A stretch of 64,000 nucleotides of DNA, from contig CAZSAL010000007.1 of the NCBI GenBank assembly GCA_964604825.1, positions 128 through 64,127 of the forward strand, in the 5' to 3' direction. This document shows positions 8,908 to 18,021 of this stretch, in pieces (the first letter of the stretch is position 1; each line of letters begins with the position of its first letter). This DNA is from an uncultured Elusimicrobia bacterium (GTDB lineage: Bacteria; Elusimicrobiota; Elusimicrobia; 2-01-FULL-59-12). The notes below the pieces were generated by a model that had not been told where the DNA came from, made no database searches, and saw only the letters and a program-made list of their open reading frames with translations. A program made the translations under genes and the position numbers.

Positions 8908-9914
8908 GCATTGAATTTTCCCCCATAGTTGAATCCGACATTATCGGGATTCGCGCTTTGATGCGAACGGCTTTTCAAGTTCAATCGGACGCGCCATTCC
9001 TTAATGTCGATTTATTGCGCTGGAAATATATCGAACCCAGACCTGACTGGGAAGGCTCCAGAGGGTTCGTTTTCCGGCAAGGGGACAAAATCCTGGCGCA
9101 TTGCGGCCTGGCTCCCGTCCGTTTTATGATGCCAGGAAACGAAATCTCAGCCGTCTGCTTTATGGACTGGGCCGCCAGCAGCAGCATCCCCGGGATAGGC
9201 GGCCTGCTTCTGCGCCGCCTGATGAAGATGGGAGATATCGCCGTAGTGGCCGGGGGCACAGCCGATACCTGGGCGGCTATTCCAAAACTGGGATTCGTCC
9301 GCCATGCCGACCTCTTGCATTATGTGCGGGTGGTTCGCCCGTGGAATATTTTTCAGGAAAAATCATCCGAACCGTCATGGAAGCGGATTGCGCGCCTGCT
9401 GCGATATACGGCCCGGGAGATTATTTCGCCAAACACCGTTCCGGCGGGATGGGAATTGAAACCCATAACCAGATTCGAAGCGGAACCATGGCAGAATATG
9501 CCTTCGGAGCGATACGTGGCGATTCGACGTGATGCCGAGCTTCTGAACTACTGGCTGCGCTGTCCCCTGGCAAAATTTTCGGGTTTTCTGGTGTTACACA
9601 ACGGCAGGGTCTGCGGACATGTGCTGATTAATAAATTGCGAAAGCAGGCGCGGATTGTTGATGTGCGCTTGAATAGGGAAGATCCTGCGGCATGGCAGGC
9701 CGCTTACGCTCTGGCAACCCGTCAGGCGATGTCCACTCCGGAAATTGTGGAAGTCCGCGCTATTGCATCAGCCCCTCTGGCGCAATTCGCGCTGAACAAG
9801 AACGGGTTCCACAAGAGCTACCAGGCGTCGATCTTTCTTTACGACCCCAGGAAGATTCTGGACAGTCAGCCTTTGCACTGGAATTTCATAGACGATGATT
9901 CCGCGTTGATTTGA
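8904..9914 (+). CDS. GNAT-like acyltransferase (hypothetical)
   Basis: The ATG at 8904 forms an ATGA overlap with the upstream stop, so the track ORF start at 8802 is probably an over-extension. MSIEFSPIVESDIIGIRALM... has a GNAT-like N-terminus. The family call is weak. Confidence 0.5.
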   Translation: MSIEFSPIVESDIIGIRALMRTAFQVQSDAPFLNVDLLRWKYIEPRPDWEGSRGFVFRQGDKILAHCGLAPVRFMMPGNEISAVCFMDWAASSSIPGIGGLLLRRLMKMGDIAVVAGGTADTWAAIPKLGFVRHADLLHYVRVVRPWNIFQEKSSEPSWKRIARLLRYTAREIISPNTVPAGWELKPITRFEAEPWQNMPSERYVAIRRDAELLNYWLRCPLAKFSGFLVLHNGRVCGHVLINKLRKQARIVDVRLNREDPAAWQAAYALATRQAMSTPEIVEVRAIASAPLAQFALNKNGFHKSYQASIFLYDPRKILDSQPLHWNFIDDDSALI

Positions 9915-10777
9915 CCGCGTCCTCGCGCAGGCAGGGATCTTCGCAGCATATCCACACATACCCACCAGAGAATCCTGGGATTACCTTTAACCTGGGAAAG
10001 ACAATAAGGAATCCAGCCATGTCCGTAAGGAAGATACAGCCGCACGTGCACACCCATGGCCCGCGCCGTCCGGCAGGAAGGCTCCAGCGGCAGGCCATAA
10101 AGCAGTTCTAATTCACATGGAGTTCCGGCATTAAGCAATCTCCCTAGAGCCTCTTTGGCAAGGACAATGTCGTGGGTTGCAACCGCCACATGCCGGGCAC
10201 GCCCCGCAAGTTTATCTATGACCGCAAGAAATCCTTTTCTCAGGTCTTTGTCAGGATTAGTTTGATCATCCCATTGCCCTTTGACTACACGCACAGGCAA
10301 TCCATTTTCAACCGCCCAATCGCAATCGCGCAAACTGCGGAGCCATCTGCCCGGCAAAGTGCAGCCGGGCCTGACTCCGCGTGAAAGCCATCCCTTAATT
10401 ACGTCAAATGTATCGTCCGCGGCCTCGGGCGCGTGCGAATCAAAATGCAGGTGGATGTTGTTATTTATCCCACCATCCAAAATTCTGTTCAAACACTGGC
10501 GGTTGAAATTTAATGCCGGAACCTTAAGCGAAATGTAGGAATTCATTTTTTCAACCCTCGCTGCATCTACGGCGTCAAGATACTTCGCAGTAATCTGCTG
10601 AGGAGATTCCTCAAGGTCATTCCAATAACAAAAAACCGTTGATATCCCCTGCGAAGCAAGTTCGCGGGATATCCGAAGAGCATCGGAGAGTTTCTCTCCA
10701 ACGATATAGGAGGGCGCCGCCAGTTTCGCCAGGCGCTCCCAGCAACTCCATAACCATTTTTTAAATGCGGAGGTCAC
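9866..10777 (-). CDS. Proline dehydrogenase-fold (PRODH-like) protein, atypical
   Basis: 303 aa. YISLKVPALN resembles the PRODH beta-strand motif. The C-terminal LYLPYGHGWIPYCLSQVKGNP aligns to the Y.PYG..W.PY..RR..E.P motif, but the Arg-Arg pair is replaced by Ser-Gln. Confidence 0.5.
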   Translation of the reverse strand: MTSAFKKWLWSCWERLAKLAAPSYIVGEKLSDALRISRELASQGISTVFCYWNDLEESPQQITAKYLDAVDAARVEKMNSYISLKVPALNFNRQCLNRILDGGINNNIHLHFDSHAPEAADDTFDVIKGWLSRGVRPGCTLPGRWLRSLRDCDWAVENGLPVRVVKGQWDDQTNPDKDLRKGFLAVIDKLAGRARHVAVATHDIVLAKEALGRLLNAGTPCELELLYGLPLEPSCRTARAMGVHVRLYLPYGHGWIPYCLSQVKGNPRILWWVCVDMLRRSLPARGRGQINAESSSMKFQCKG

Positions 10778-11859
10778 GCAATAAGCTCCTTCAATTTATT
10801 GATTCCGGTTGATACGGGGTGAGAATGATAGTAATGACGGACTACATCGCCGACCAGCGCGGCAACCCCCTGAAACCCAAACGGGTAGCCGCGTAACACC
10901 GAGTAATTCCTCTCCAAGGGCGTCCAAACTTTCCAGCAGCTTTCAACTGTTCCAAGAAACTCGTAAGAGTTAAGGCCGCCCGCTGCGGCATGTCTGATAC
11001 TTTCCCTCAGCAGCAGCATCCCCGGGGAACATCGGGCGAAGCGATTGTCGTATCCAATCTTCAAAAGCCAGAATTTCTTTGCATACTCAACGGCTATCTG
11101 CATGGCGGCGGTTTTGTCACCTATGCGCAGAAAACAAATTCTCAGGATTCCCTCTTCACACGCAGAAATCGCATATTCGCGATAAAACTCCCCCCTCAAA
11201 GGATCCATCGCCATCGCAGTTCCGCTTTGCCCTTTCCAACTGGCAGCCTCCACCATGAAAGCCTGCTGAAGCAATGCCGGAAGATTTTCCTTTGAAGGGA
11301 CAATGATTTCACACGAGACCGGTCCGATTTCTTCCGCGTTACGCCGGGCCCGGCGCAAATCAGACCGGCGACCGGAATTAAGATGCGTTTCGGGGTCCAG
11401 CCAGCTTGAATCAAGCGCTATCCAGGGCGAGCCTGTATCCCTTGCGCAGTTCAGCAGACCTCTTCCATGGAACGCAGTTTCCATGCTCTTTTTGAATGGC
11501 GAATCACTCGGGACGCGTTTAAGCAGCAGCGGCATCCCCAACCCCCGTATGGCCGCCGCCAGACGATGCAAAGCATTTTGGTCGGCATAAATTACATCGG
11601 TAGGTTCCCCGTACTCTTTCACTCCAAGAACCTCAAGATAGCGGTTCCCATGCTCGCGCGCCAGCGGGGCGAGTGCATTTATTTTTCCATCTTCCTCGAT
11701 CGCTACTACGCACAGGTCATATTTATGCCTTAATACGGAAGCGCACGCCCTTGCCCAGATGAACTGCTGCATGGGCAGTTCACATTTTTTCTCTAATGCG
11801 TTCCAAGCGGGGGCCAACGCGTCAAGAGCATCAATATTGTCAATAATTCGAATGTTCAT
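10774..11859 (-). CDS. CelD/BioF2-like GNAT (Acetyltransf_6) acyltransferase, second copy
   Basis: 361 aa. ALDALAPAWNALEKKCELPMQQFIWARAC and YEFLGTVESCWKVW match the family. It shares architecture with 4494..5642. Confidence 0.7.
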   Translation of the reverse strand: MNIRIIDNIDALDALAPAWNALEKKCELPMQQFIWARACASVLRHKYDLCVVAIEEDGKINALAPLAREHGNRYLEVLGVKEYGEPTDVIYADQNALHRLAAAIRGLGMPLLLKRVPSDSPFKKSMETAFHGRGLLNCARDTGSPWIALDSSWLDPETHLNSGRRSDLRRARRNAEEIGPVSCEIIVPSKENLPALLQQAFMVEAASWKGQSGTAMAMDPLRGEFYREYAISACEEGILRICFLRIGDKTAAMQIAVEYAKKFWLLKIGYDNRFARCSPGMLLLRESIRHAAAGGLNSYEFLGTVESCWKVWTPLERNYSVLRGYPFGFQGVAALVGDVVRHYYHSHPVSTGINKLKELIA

Positions 11860-14162
11860 TTAAAAACTTCCTGCGAACCCGGAACGCGAGATGCGTTATA
11901 TTTGCGCTGCGTACCAGGTACGAATGGCGACTGCATGGAGCGTGTGCCTCCCAGCCCGGCAAGTATTGCGGAAAAGTTAAAATTAGACATCCCCGGTTCC
12001 ACTCCCGTTCTTCTTAACAGGAAAGGATTAACCCCGCGGAAATTGACTCCTCTTTCCGTTGTCACTGCCGTTTCAAATCCGCATTGCGAAAGAACACCCG
12101 TCACCCGGTCATCAATATCTTCAAAGTTCCCGTTCGGATAACAAAAATGGGTCATGGGCCTGTTTAATTCTTCTTCAATCCTCCGTTTACTGCCGGAAAT
12201 CTCGGAATGAATTTCCACTTCATTAGACAACCGCGATAAAATCGGGTGCGTTACCGTGTGAACGCCAAAATCTACCCCCCGGTCAGCCATATAACGCACG
12301 TCAGACCATTCCAGCGGCGCGAATGGTTCGGGAGCGGTCTCCGGCATATTTACTTCGAACAGCGAAGGTATATCGTTCATAATTCTAATCCGGTCCTCAT
12401 CAGGCATGTCTTTTAACGCGGCAATAATGGCCAGGATCGCCTGACGACGCTGTTCTTCCGTCTCGAGCCTTATATTAATAGATGACTGTTGAAGCAGAAG
12501 GGGAATCTCAACCCGTTTCTTCCGTGTGTGTTCGATTGCAAAGGTAATTTGATCCCACCACAACCATATTTTCTTGTCAAGAAAACCGCTCACCAGGAAA
12601 ACCGTAACAGGGATCTGAAACTTCTGAAAAACGGGAAATGCATTGCTGCCGAAATCCTTATAGCCGTCATCAACTGTGACGATAAGGGCGTTTCTCGGCA
12701 ATGGAGTTCCTTCGCGAAAACTGCCGGCGATTTCCGCGAAGGATATTACATGGAAATTCCGGCGGATATAAGCGCATTGTCTGGCAAGAGATGCCTGCAT
12801 TCCATTGCCGGATGCGAACCGGTGATACATTACAATTCGGAAACCATCCTGATTCCACGAGTTGATCCTTTTTATTTTCCCAGAGGGATAAAGAAGCAGG
12901 CGGGAGAGAAGCATCGTTTTCAATCGCTGCGTGAAATTGCCGCCGCTTGAATGATCCGCGAAATAGTTGCGCGTGATTCCCGTCGCGATCGGAGCCGTAT
13001 CAATATTCAGTTCCGAATATATCTCTCTAAGCCGCCGAATCCATTTATTCTGATTGAATTCCTCAGTGACACGCTGCTGGAAGCGGATCGATTTTTCCAG
13101 CAGCTTAGCCTGGCCTTCCTTTGAAAGACACAGTTTCAGGCGCCAGGCGGATTCCTCCGGGAATTCGTCTTTGGGAACCAGTTCACCGTAGGATTCATCC
13201 GGGAATAAATCCGTAACGCCTCCGACCCGCGTGCACATTACCGGCGTTCCAGCCCAGCCCGCTTCTATGAGATTGATGGGTAAACCTTCCGCCCTGGAAA
13301 ATGAAAGCGCCAGATCCAGGCCCGCAAGTTCTTTTCCCACTTCATCCCTGTATCCCATCCACTTAATACGGGATGCCGCGCCAAATCGGTGCGCCTGCAA
13401 ACGGAGCTTTTTCTCTAACGGACCTGTTCCGAAAATCAGACAGCGCCAATCCATCACGCCCGGAAGACGGTTCAATAAAGCCAGAACCTTGATAAGCCTG
13501 TCGTGATCTTTTTCCGGCATAAGACGCCCGATCACGCCCATAAGGAAAAGATCGTCGCGGCGCATCTCATCCGGCAACCAGGCGGGACGTATGCGCCGCG
13601 ATTCAACGGCTCTTTGCTCCAAGGGCACCAGACGTCCTTCTATTCCATTTAAATGGAGCCTGAGCCGTCCTTTGGGAATGCCGGAACGGGCCAGAATTTC
13701 ATAGTCGGCACAGGAAACGCAGCACACACGATCAAATTTATTCAAAAGGTACATCCGGTAAAACAATTCGAACATCTTAGTTTTCCAGTCGGGCCTACCT
13801 TCAACCCCGTGGTGAGTTGAAACTATCGGGAAATTCTTATCCGTCAAAGCCTGTTTTGCCTGTTGAAGATAGGCGGAAGCTTTCACATCGTGGGCATGCG
13901 CCAGAACAGGATTCAAGCGCCGGAGAAGAAGGCATAAATCCCGCATGGCCACGTGATCCCATTGTCCGCATACACGCACGTCATAATAGGGCAGATTAAG
14001 TGAACGGGCATATATCTCGAGAGGATCCGACTCACGCAGGCGGGCAATTCTTTCTTCTCGCAGATTGACGATTACAAACCGTTCCTGCAGCCCGGCAAGA
14101 GCCGGCAGAACAAGCCGCTCAGGACCGCTGACAGAACTGGAATTGAATAAATGGACAATCAT
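11856..14162 (-). CDS. Glycosyltransferase family 4 fused to a NodB-type polysaccharide deacetylase
   Basis: 768 aa. The N-terminal half is GT4 (RAEGLPINLIEAGWAGTPVMCTRVGG). The C-terminal half carries NodB motifs VTVDDGYKDF, HTVTHPILSRL and FCYPNG. Confidence 0.8.
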   Translation of the reverse strand: MIVHLFNSSSVSGPERLVLPALAGLQERFVIVNLREERIARLRESDPLEIYARSLNLPYYDVRVCGQWDHVAMRDLCLLLRRLNPVLAHAHDVKASAYLQQAKQALTDKNFPIVSTHHGVEGRPDWKTKMFELFYRMYLLNKFDRVCCVSCADYEILARSGIPKGRLRLHLNGIEGRLVPLEQRAVESRRIRPAWLPDEMRRDDLFLMGVIGRLMPEKDHDRLIKVLALLNRLPGVMDWRCLIFGTGPLEKKLRLQAHRFGAASRIKWMGYRDEVGKELAGLDLALSFSRAEGLPINLIEAGWAGTPVMCTRVGGVTDLFPDESYGELVPKDEFPEESAWRLKLCLSKEGQAKLLEKSIRFQQRVTEEFNQNKWIRRLREIYSELNIDTAPIATGITRNYFADHSSGGNFTQRLKTMLLSRLLLYPSGKIKRINSWNQDGFRIVMYHRFASGNGMQASLARQCAYIRRNFHVISFAEIAGSFREGTPLPRNALIVTVDDGYKDFGSNAFPVFQKFQIPVTVFLVSGFLDKKIWLWWDQITFAIEHTRKKRVEIPLLLQQSSINIRLETEEQRRQAILAIIAALKDMPDEDRIRIMNDIPSLFEVNMPETAPEPFAPLEWSDVRYMADRGVDFGVHTVTHPILSRLSNEVEIHSEISGSKRRIEEELNRPMTHFCYPNGNFEDIDDRVTGVLSQCGFETAVTTERGVNFRGVNPFLLRRTGVEPGMSNFNFSAILAGLGGTRSMQSPFVPGTQRKYNASRVPGSQEVFK

Positions 14163-14166
14163 TTAC

Positions 14167-16713
14167 CTATTTAATGACGGCCAGTTTCCCTCTTTTTGCC
14201 TGATCGCCCGCCTTGACGAGGTAAATGTAAATCCCTGACGCGACTTTGTCGCCGGAATCATTTGTCAAATCCCACGCTGCAACGCCGCTGTTCGGAGAAG
14301 GCAATATCCTGACCAGATGCGCAGACACGGTAAATATTTTGATCGTGCTGTTATCAGGCAAATTATCAAAAGTCACAGGCACCCCGGAATGTTTATCGCT
14401 CCGCCACGGATTAGGGAAAACCCGCATATGAGTGAGGTCGGCCGCAGTGGCAGCGATCAACTGGACATTTGTCGTAGCAAGGCCGGAAGTATTCCCCTGG
14501 CTGTCGACGGCTTGAACGCTTATGGTATACGACCCCGGCGACAACGAATAGGACGCCAGACTGCAAACATTACTTTTTGTCTGGAAACTGACGACATTCC
14601 CGCTTTGTGCAGGGGCCTGCGCCGATGGACTTGAAATAGAAATGTTAGCCTGGGTGACCGCCCACTTGAAAGAAATGCCGGAATACCCCGAAGGATATCC
14701 CGCTGTCAGCGAGGCATCGACTGGCAGCGTGGCAGACAGATTGAGAGTGGGGGTCGGCAGGCTTGCGCCAATTTTTGGCCCCTGCCCGCCGGTGATTATA
14801 TTCACCAGTTGCGCGCGGGCTGTTTCCCATTTGGCAGGATCGTTGGACCAGCTTATATCGGTTAACACATACGTGGGGTCACTGGGATTGGCTACGCCGT
14901 ATTCCCATACGACTTTGGGAATGATCGAGTTAACGATGTTCTGGACCTGAGCCGGGTTTACCGCAGCCGCCATGGTCAGGTATTCAAAGTCCTGGAGGCC
15001 ACGTCGCCAGTGTTTAAGCCGCAGACTGGCAAAGGGGCCGTTAACTCCGTAGGAATCCTGCGGGTATACGGTGTCTGTTCCCGGATAAAAAAGGACGCCG
15101 TCGCCATTGCCGTAATTCCATCCAGTTGCTCCCAGTATTGCATCGACGTTGCTGTTGGTGCCAAAAGTCTGGGCGTTTTCAAAAACGTTGGTTTCACCCA
15201 TGCCTCCCTGATAATTGTTGTAGTAGGTTGATTCCCAGAAAAACCAGCGGTTAACGTGCTTCTTGTATTGCGCCCAAGCTATGACTGGGAATGCTACGCC
15301 GTCGTCTTCAATTGCATCGCATCCGGTCGCGGGCCGGTGTCCGTTATACATGAAAAAGCGGTGTCTGGGATCGTTTGAGTATTGCTGCGCCAAGGGATCC
15401 CATTGCGACGGAATGCCGTATCCTAAAGTTGAAGTCGGGATATCCAGCGCCGGAGTGTTGTTGGCGGCGTCGACAAGAGACATGGTTGCCAATGACCTCA
15501 TCTGCTGGCCCGGACCGGGGTCATTCAAGATCTCCTGGGCCCAGCCCTGAATTGCGGCGTAATTCGTAGATTCGTCGATCAGGTAGAGGAAATATTCTGT
15601 CCCGGGAGCGTTCTGGCTGAACCAGGTGGCCCAGGCGTCGCAGTGTTGATTCATCACTGTTTGCCCGCCGGTCTGCCAGCCGGAACTGCCGTAAGTACCA
15701 ACAGAGTAAACGTTGTTCCCTATCCCGACGCCGGGGCCGGCATATCCGTTGGCGGCAGTGAAAAGGCTGCCGTCCAGGCGCGGGCCCATCTCGGGGCAGG
15801 GCTGATCACCGGAACCGCCGCATTCCGCCGGATCATCGGCGATCAGCGAAATCCGATGCCGATGCGCAAGCATATAATGGCGGTCACGAATCTGTATGGC
15901 CTGGGCACTGGAGTTGGTAGAAGCCGATCCCAGATAACGGTGATCGATATTTAGATGAGAGTAATAAAGCATGGTCCTGGCAGAAGGCTTATCGGGGAGC
16001 GAAAAATTATAAACAGATAATTGGACAGGGATGGTTTGTACCGTAGTTCCGCCGGCCTGAACGACAAAATTTCCGTTATATGTTCCGACGGCCGTTCCTG
16101 GGGGGATATAGACATCCACCCAGATGCTCTGGTTGTGTCCCGCCGCTATATTAAAGGTTGGAACCAGCTCCAGAGGCACGGCGATGTCCGGGTAATATTT
16201 ATTGTGGTCAGGCCTGTCCTGCCAGCCACCGCTTGCGACCCCGTTGCCGGTCCAGGGACGGCGCATCCGCTGTGGCACGTGCCTTTCATCGTAAGTGCCG
16301 TAAGCCACCAGGCTTAGACCGTTAATCTGCAGGTATCTCACGTAGAACAGTTCGACAGGCCGCTGCGTCCAGTTAAAAACGCCGTCCCCCGTTGCGGCCT
16401 GTGAGGCGATAGTTGCGCCCGAAGGCCCGGTCAGCTTGTTGAAAGTCACAGATATATTCGATGCGGCGCCCGCACCGGCTTCGAGAATAACGTTAAAAGC
16501 TACGACTTCATTGCGGCCGCCAAAAATTGAGATTTTGGTTCCATCCCATACAGGGTTGGTGACGTTAGTGCCGAGGGTTGCCCGGAGCTCATCCTGTGTG
16601 ACTTTGTCTTCGCCATTATTGGCCCAGATTGCCGAGATATTGCCTGCCGCATAAATCGCCTGCGGCAGGCCGGCAAAAAACAAACCTAAAATAAACATTC
16701 TCCACCGGGGCAT
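14167..16713 (-). CDS. Secreted DUF4091/GH123-like glycoside-hydrolase-fold protein with an Ig-like region and a C-terminal FlgD-Ig/T9SS-type sorting domain
   Basis: 848 aa with a signal peptide (MFILGLFFAGLPQAIYA). YLIDEST, VLFYPG...[21 protein letters not shown] resemble DUF4091 motifs. The C-terminus is VFPNPW...IKIFTVSAHLV...[20 protein letters not shown]...KLAVIK. It is a paralogue of 27828..32093. Confidence 0.6.
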   Translation of the reverse strand: MPRWRMFILGLFFAGLPQAIYAAGNISAIWANNGEDKVTQDELRATLGTNVTNPVWDGTKISIFGGRNEVVAFNVILEAGAGAASNISVTFNKLTGPSGATIASQAATGDGVFNWTQRPVELFYVRYLQINGLSLVAYGTYDERHVPQRMRRPWTGNGVASGGWQDRPDHNKYYPDIAVPLELVPTFNIAAGHNQSIWVDVYIPPGTAVGTYNGNFVVQAGGTTVQTIPVQLSVYNFSLPDKPSARTMLYYSHLNIDHRYLGSASTNSSAQAIQIRDRHYMLAHRHRISLIADDPAECGGSGDQPCPEMGPRLDGSLFTAANGYAGPGVGIGNNVYSVGTYGSSGWQTGGQTVMNQHCDAWATWFSQNAPGTEYFLYLIDESTNYAAIQGWAQEILNDPGPGQQMRSLATMSLVDAANNTPALDIPTSTLGYGIPSQWDPLAQQYSNDPRHRFFMYNGHRPATGCDAIEDDGVAFPVIAWAQYKKHVNRWFFWESTYYNNYQGGMGETNVFENAQTFGTNSNVDAILGATGWNYGNGDGVLFYPGTDTVYPQDSYGVNGPFASLRLKHWRRGLQDFEYLTMAAAVNPAQVQNIVNSIIPKVVWEYGVANPSDPTYVLTDISWSNDPAKWETARAQLVNIITGGQGPKIGASLPTPTLNLSATLPVDASLTAGYPSGYSGISFKWAVTQANISISSPSAQAPAQSGNVVSFQTKSNVCSLASYSLSPGSYTISVQAVDSQGNTSGLATTNVQLIAATAADLTHMRVFPNPWRSDKHSGVPVTFDNLPDNSTIKIFTVSAHLVRILPSPNSGVAAWDLTNDSGDKVASGIYIYLVKAGDQAKRGKLAVIK

Positions 16714-16728
16714 TAATTATTCCTTCCT

Positions 16729-18021
16729 TTAACCTACCCTCTCCCCCAAGGGACAGGGGAGTGCCGCCAAAGCTTCGATCGGCTGTTGCTGCGTACCGGA
16801 AATTTTTTTCAGTTCCTTCAGGAATTGATCCGCGATTGATCTGGCGTCAAAACGGTCTCTGGCCTCAAAAAACGCCTGCCGTCCTATTTCTCTGCATCGT
16901 TCCAGCGTAATTCCCTGAAGAACATCGGTCCATTCCCTTTGATTTTCAGCCCGGAGAAAGGAAACTCCTGCAACCAATCCCGTTCCTTCCGCGCCCAAGG
17001 CAGTACTGACAACAGCACGCGCATAACGCGCCGATTCCAAAATCTTAACGCGCGTACCGCTCCCTTGAAAAAGCGGCGCGATTGCCAGCGTGCATGCGCG
17101 ATAAAGTGGAGACAGGTCTTCGACGCGCCCCATAATCCGGACTCCCGGAAACAGCCTGAATTTTTCCAGCCATTGACCGTTTCCCACTCCCGCAATCGTC
17201 AGCGACAATTCGGGACGTTTTTTTACAGCAGCGGGCCAGACCTTTTCCAGAAACCATTTCAACCCATTGCGATTGGGGATCCAGTCCAGTCTGCCGACGA
17301 AAAGCGCCCTCATTTTACCGGCATTTACGTTTACCGGATCGATCCGTCCTTCCGGAGGGAACTCCATGCCTATGGGGATACTGGATATGTTCGCATCCGG
17401 CGCTAATCCTCTGAATCTTCCTGCATCCTCTTCAGATACCGGCGCAATCAGCGCCGCTTTCTGGGAAACGTTCCGCTCAAATTTCCTCATTAATTCCGCC
17501 TGGTACTGATATAACCACCGCATTAATGGCACTCGCGCTTTCTGAGCGCACTGTGTCCACAGGGCCGTCTCAAAATTATGGGCGCGATAGATCAAACCTC
17601 CGCATATTGCGGCGATATCTTCCCGGTCCTTCGGAAGCAGGGAAGCAAAAGCATGCAGGCCATCAAATACGATAAACGTACCGGCGCTGTCGGAGGAATG
17701 CTTAATAAGATCACAAAGTTTTTCCTTCAAAACCGTCTGCACCTTTTTCGCGGCAAATTCGCGCAGGGTATAGGGTTGGTTAACTTTTAGAGAAAGCAGC
17801 GCGGAATCCGGTCGGGTTATTAACGTGCAGCTGGAAACGCCAAGGTTTTTCATGGCGGCATCCGCGTCCGCCGTCTCCCTGCTGGAAAGCAGACATATCA
17901 GATCGACACCTACGCCCGCCGTGGTTAAATGACGGATCAGGGCGCAGGTGGCAAGCCTCGCGCCATCCGGAGTACCCAGAGGATATTTTGGCGCAATCCA
18001 GACAAGACGCATATCAGGCAC
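16729..18021 (-). CDS. Glycosyltransferase family 4
   Basis: 430 aa with a GT-B fold and the signature APLFQGSGTRVKILESARYARAVVSTALGAEG. The last 9 codons (PCPLGERVG) read through a hairpin repeat. Confidence 0.7.
   Translation of the reverse strand: MPDMRLVWIAPKYPLGTPDGARLATCALIRHLTTAGVGVDLICLLSSRETADADAAMKNLGVSSCTLITRPDSALLSLKVNQPYTLREFAAKKVQTVLKEKLCDLIKHSSDSAGTFIVFDGLHAFASLLPKDREDIAAICGGLIYRAHNFETALWTQCAQKARVPLMRWLYQYQAELMRKFERNVSQKAALIAPVSEEDAGRFRGLAPDANISSIPIGMEFPPEGRIDPVNVNAGKMRALFVGRLDWIPNRNGLKWFLEKVWPAAVKKRPELSLTIAGVGNGQWLEKFRLFPGVRIMGRVEDLSPLYRACTLAIAPLFQGSGTRVKILESARYARAVVSTALGAEGTGLVAGVSFLRAENQREWTDVLQGITLERCREIGRQAFFEARDRFDARSIADQFLKELKKISGTQQQPIEALAALPCPLGERVG

Noticed and set aside
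16741-16761. CTCCCC-N9-GGGGAG hairpin, together with the CCCTCTCCC/GGGAGAGGG hairpin at 32119-32139, considered as a third mobile repeat family.
   Set aside because: Only two or three short, dissimilar copies exist in the window, and the stems differ in sequence. There is not enough evidence for a family. I recorded them as individual hairpins that artificially extend neighbouring ORFs (tails such as PLGERVG and SLREREG).
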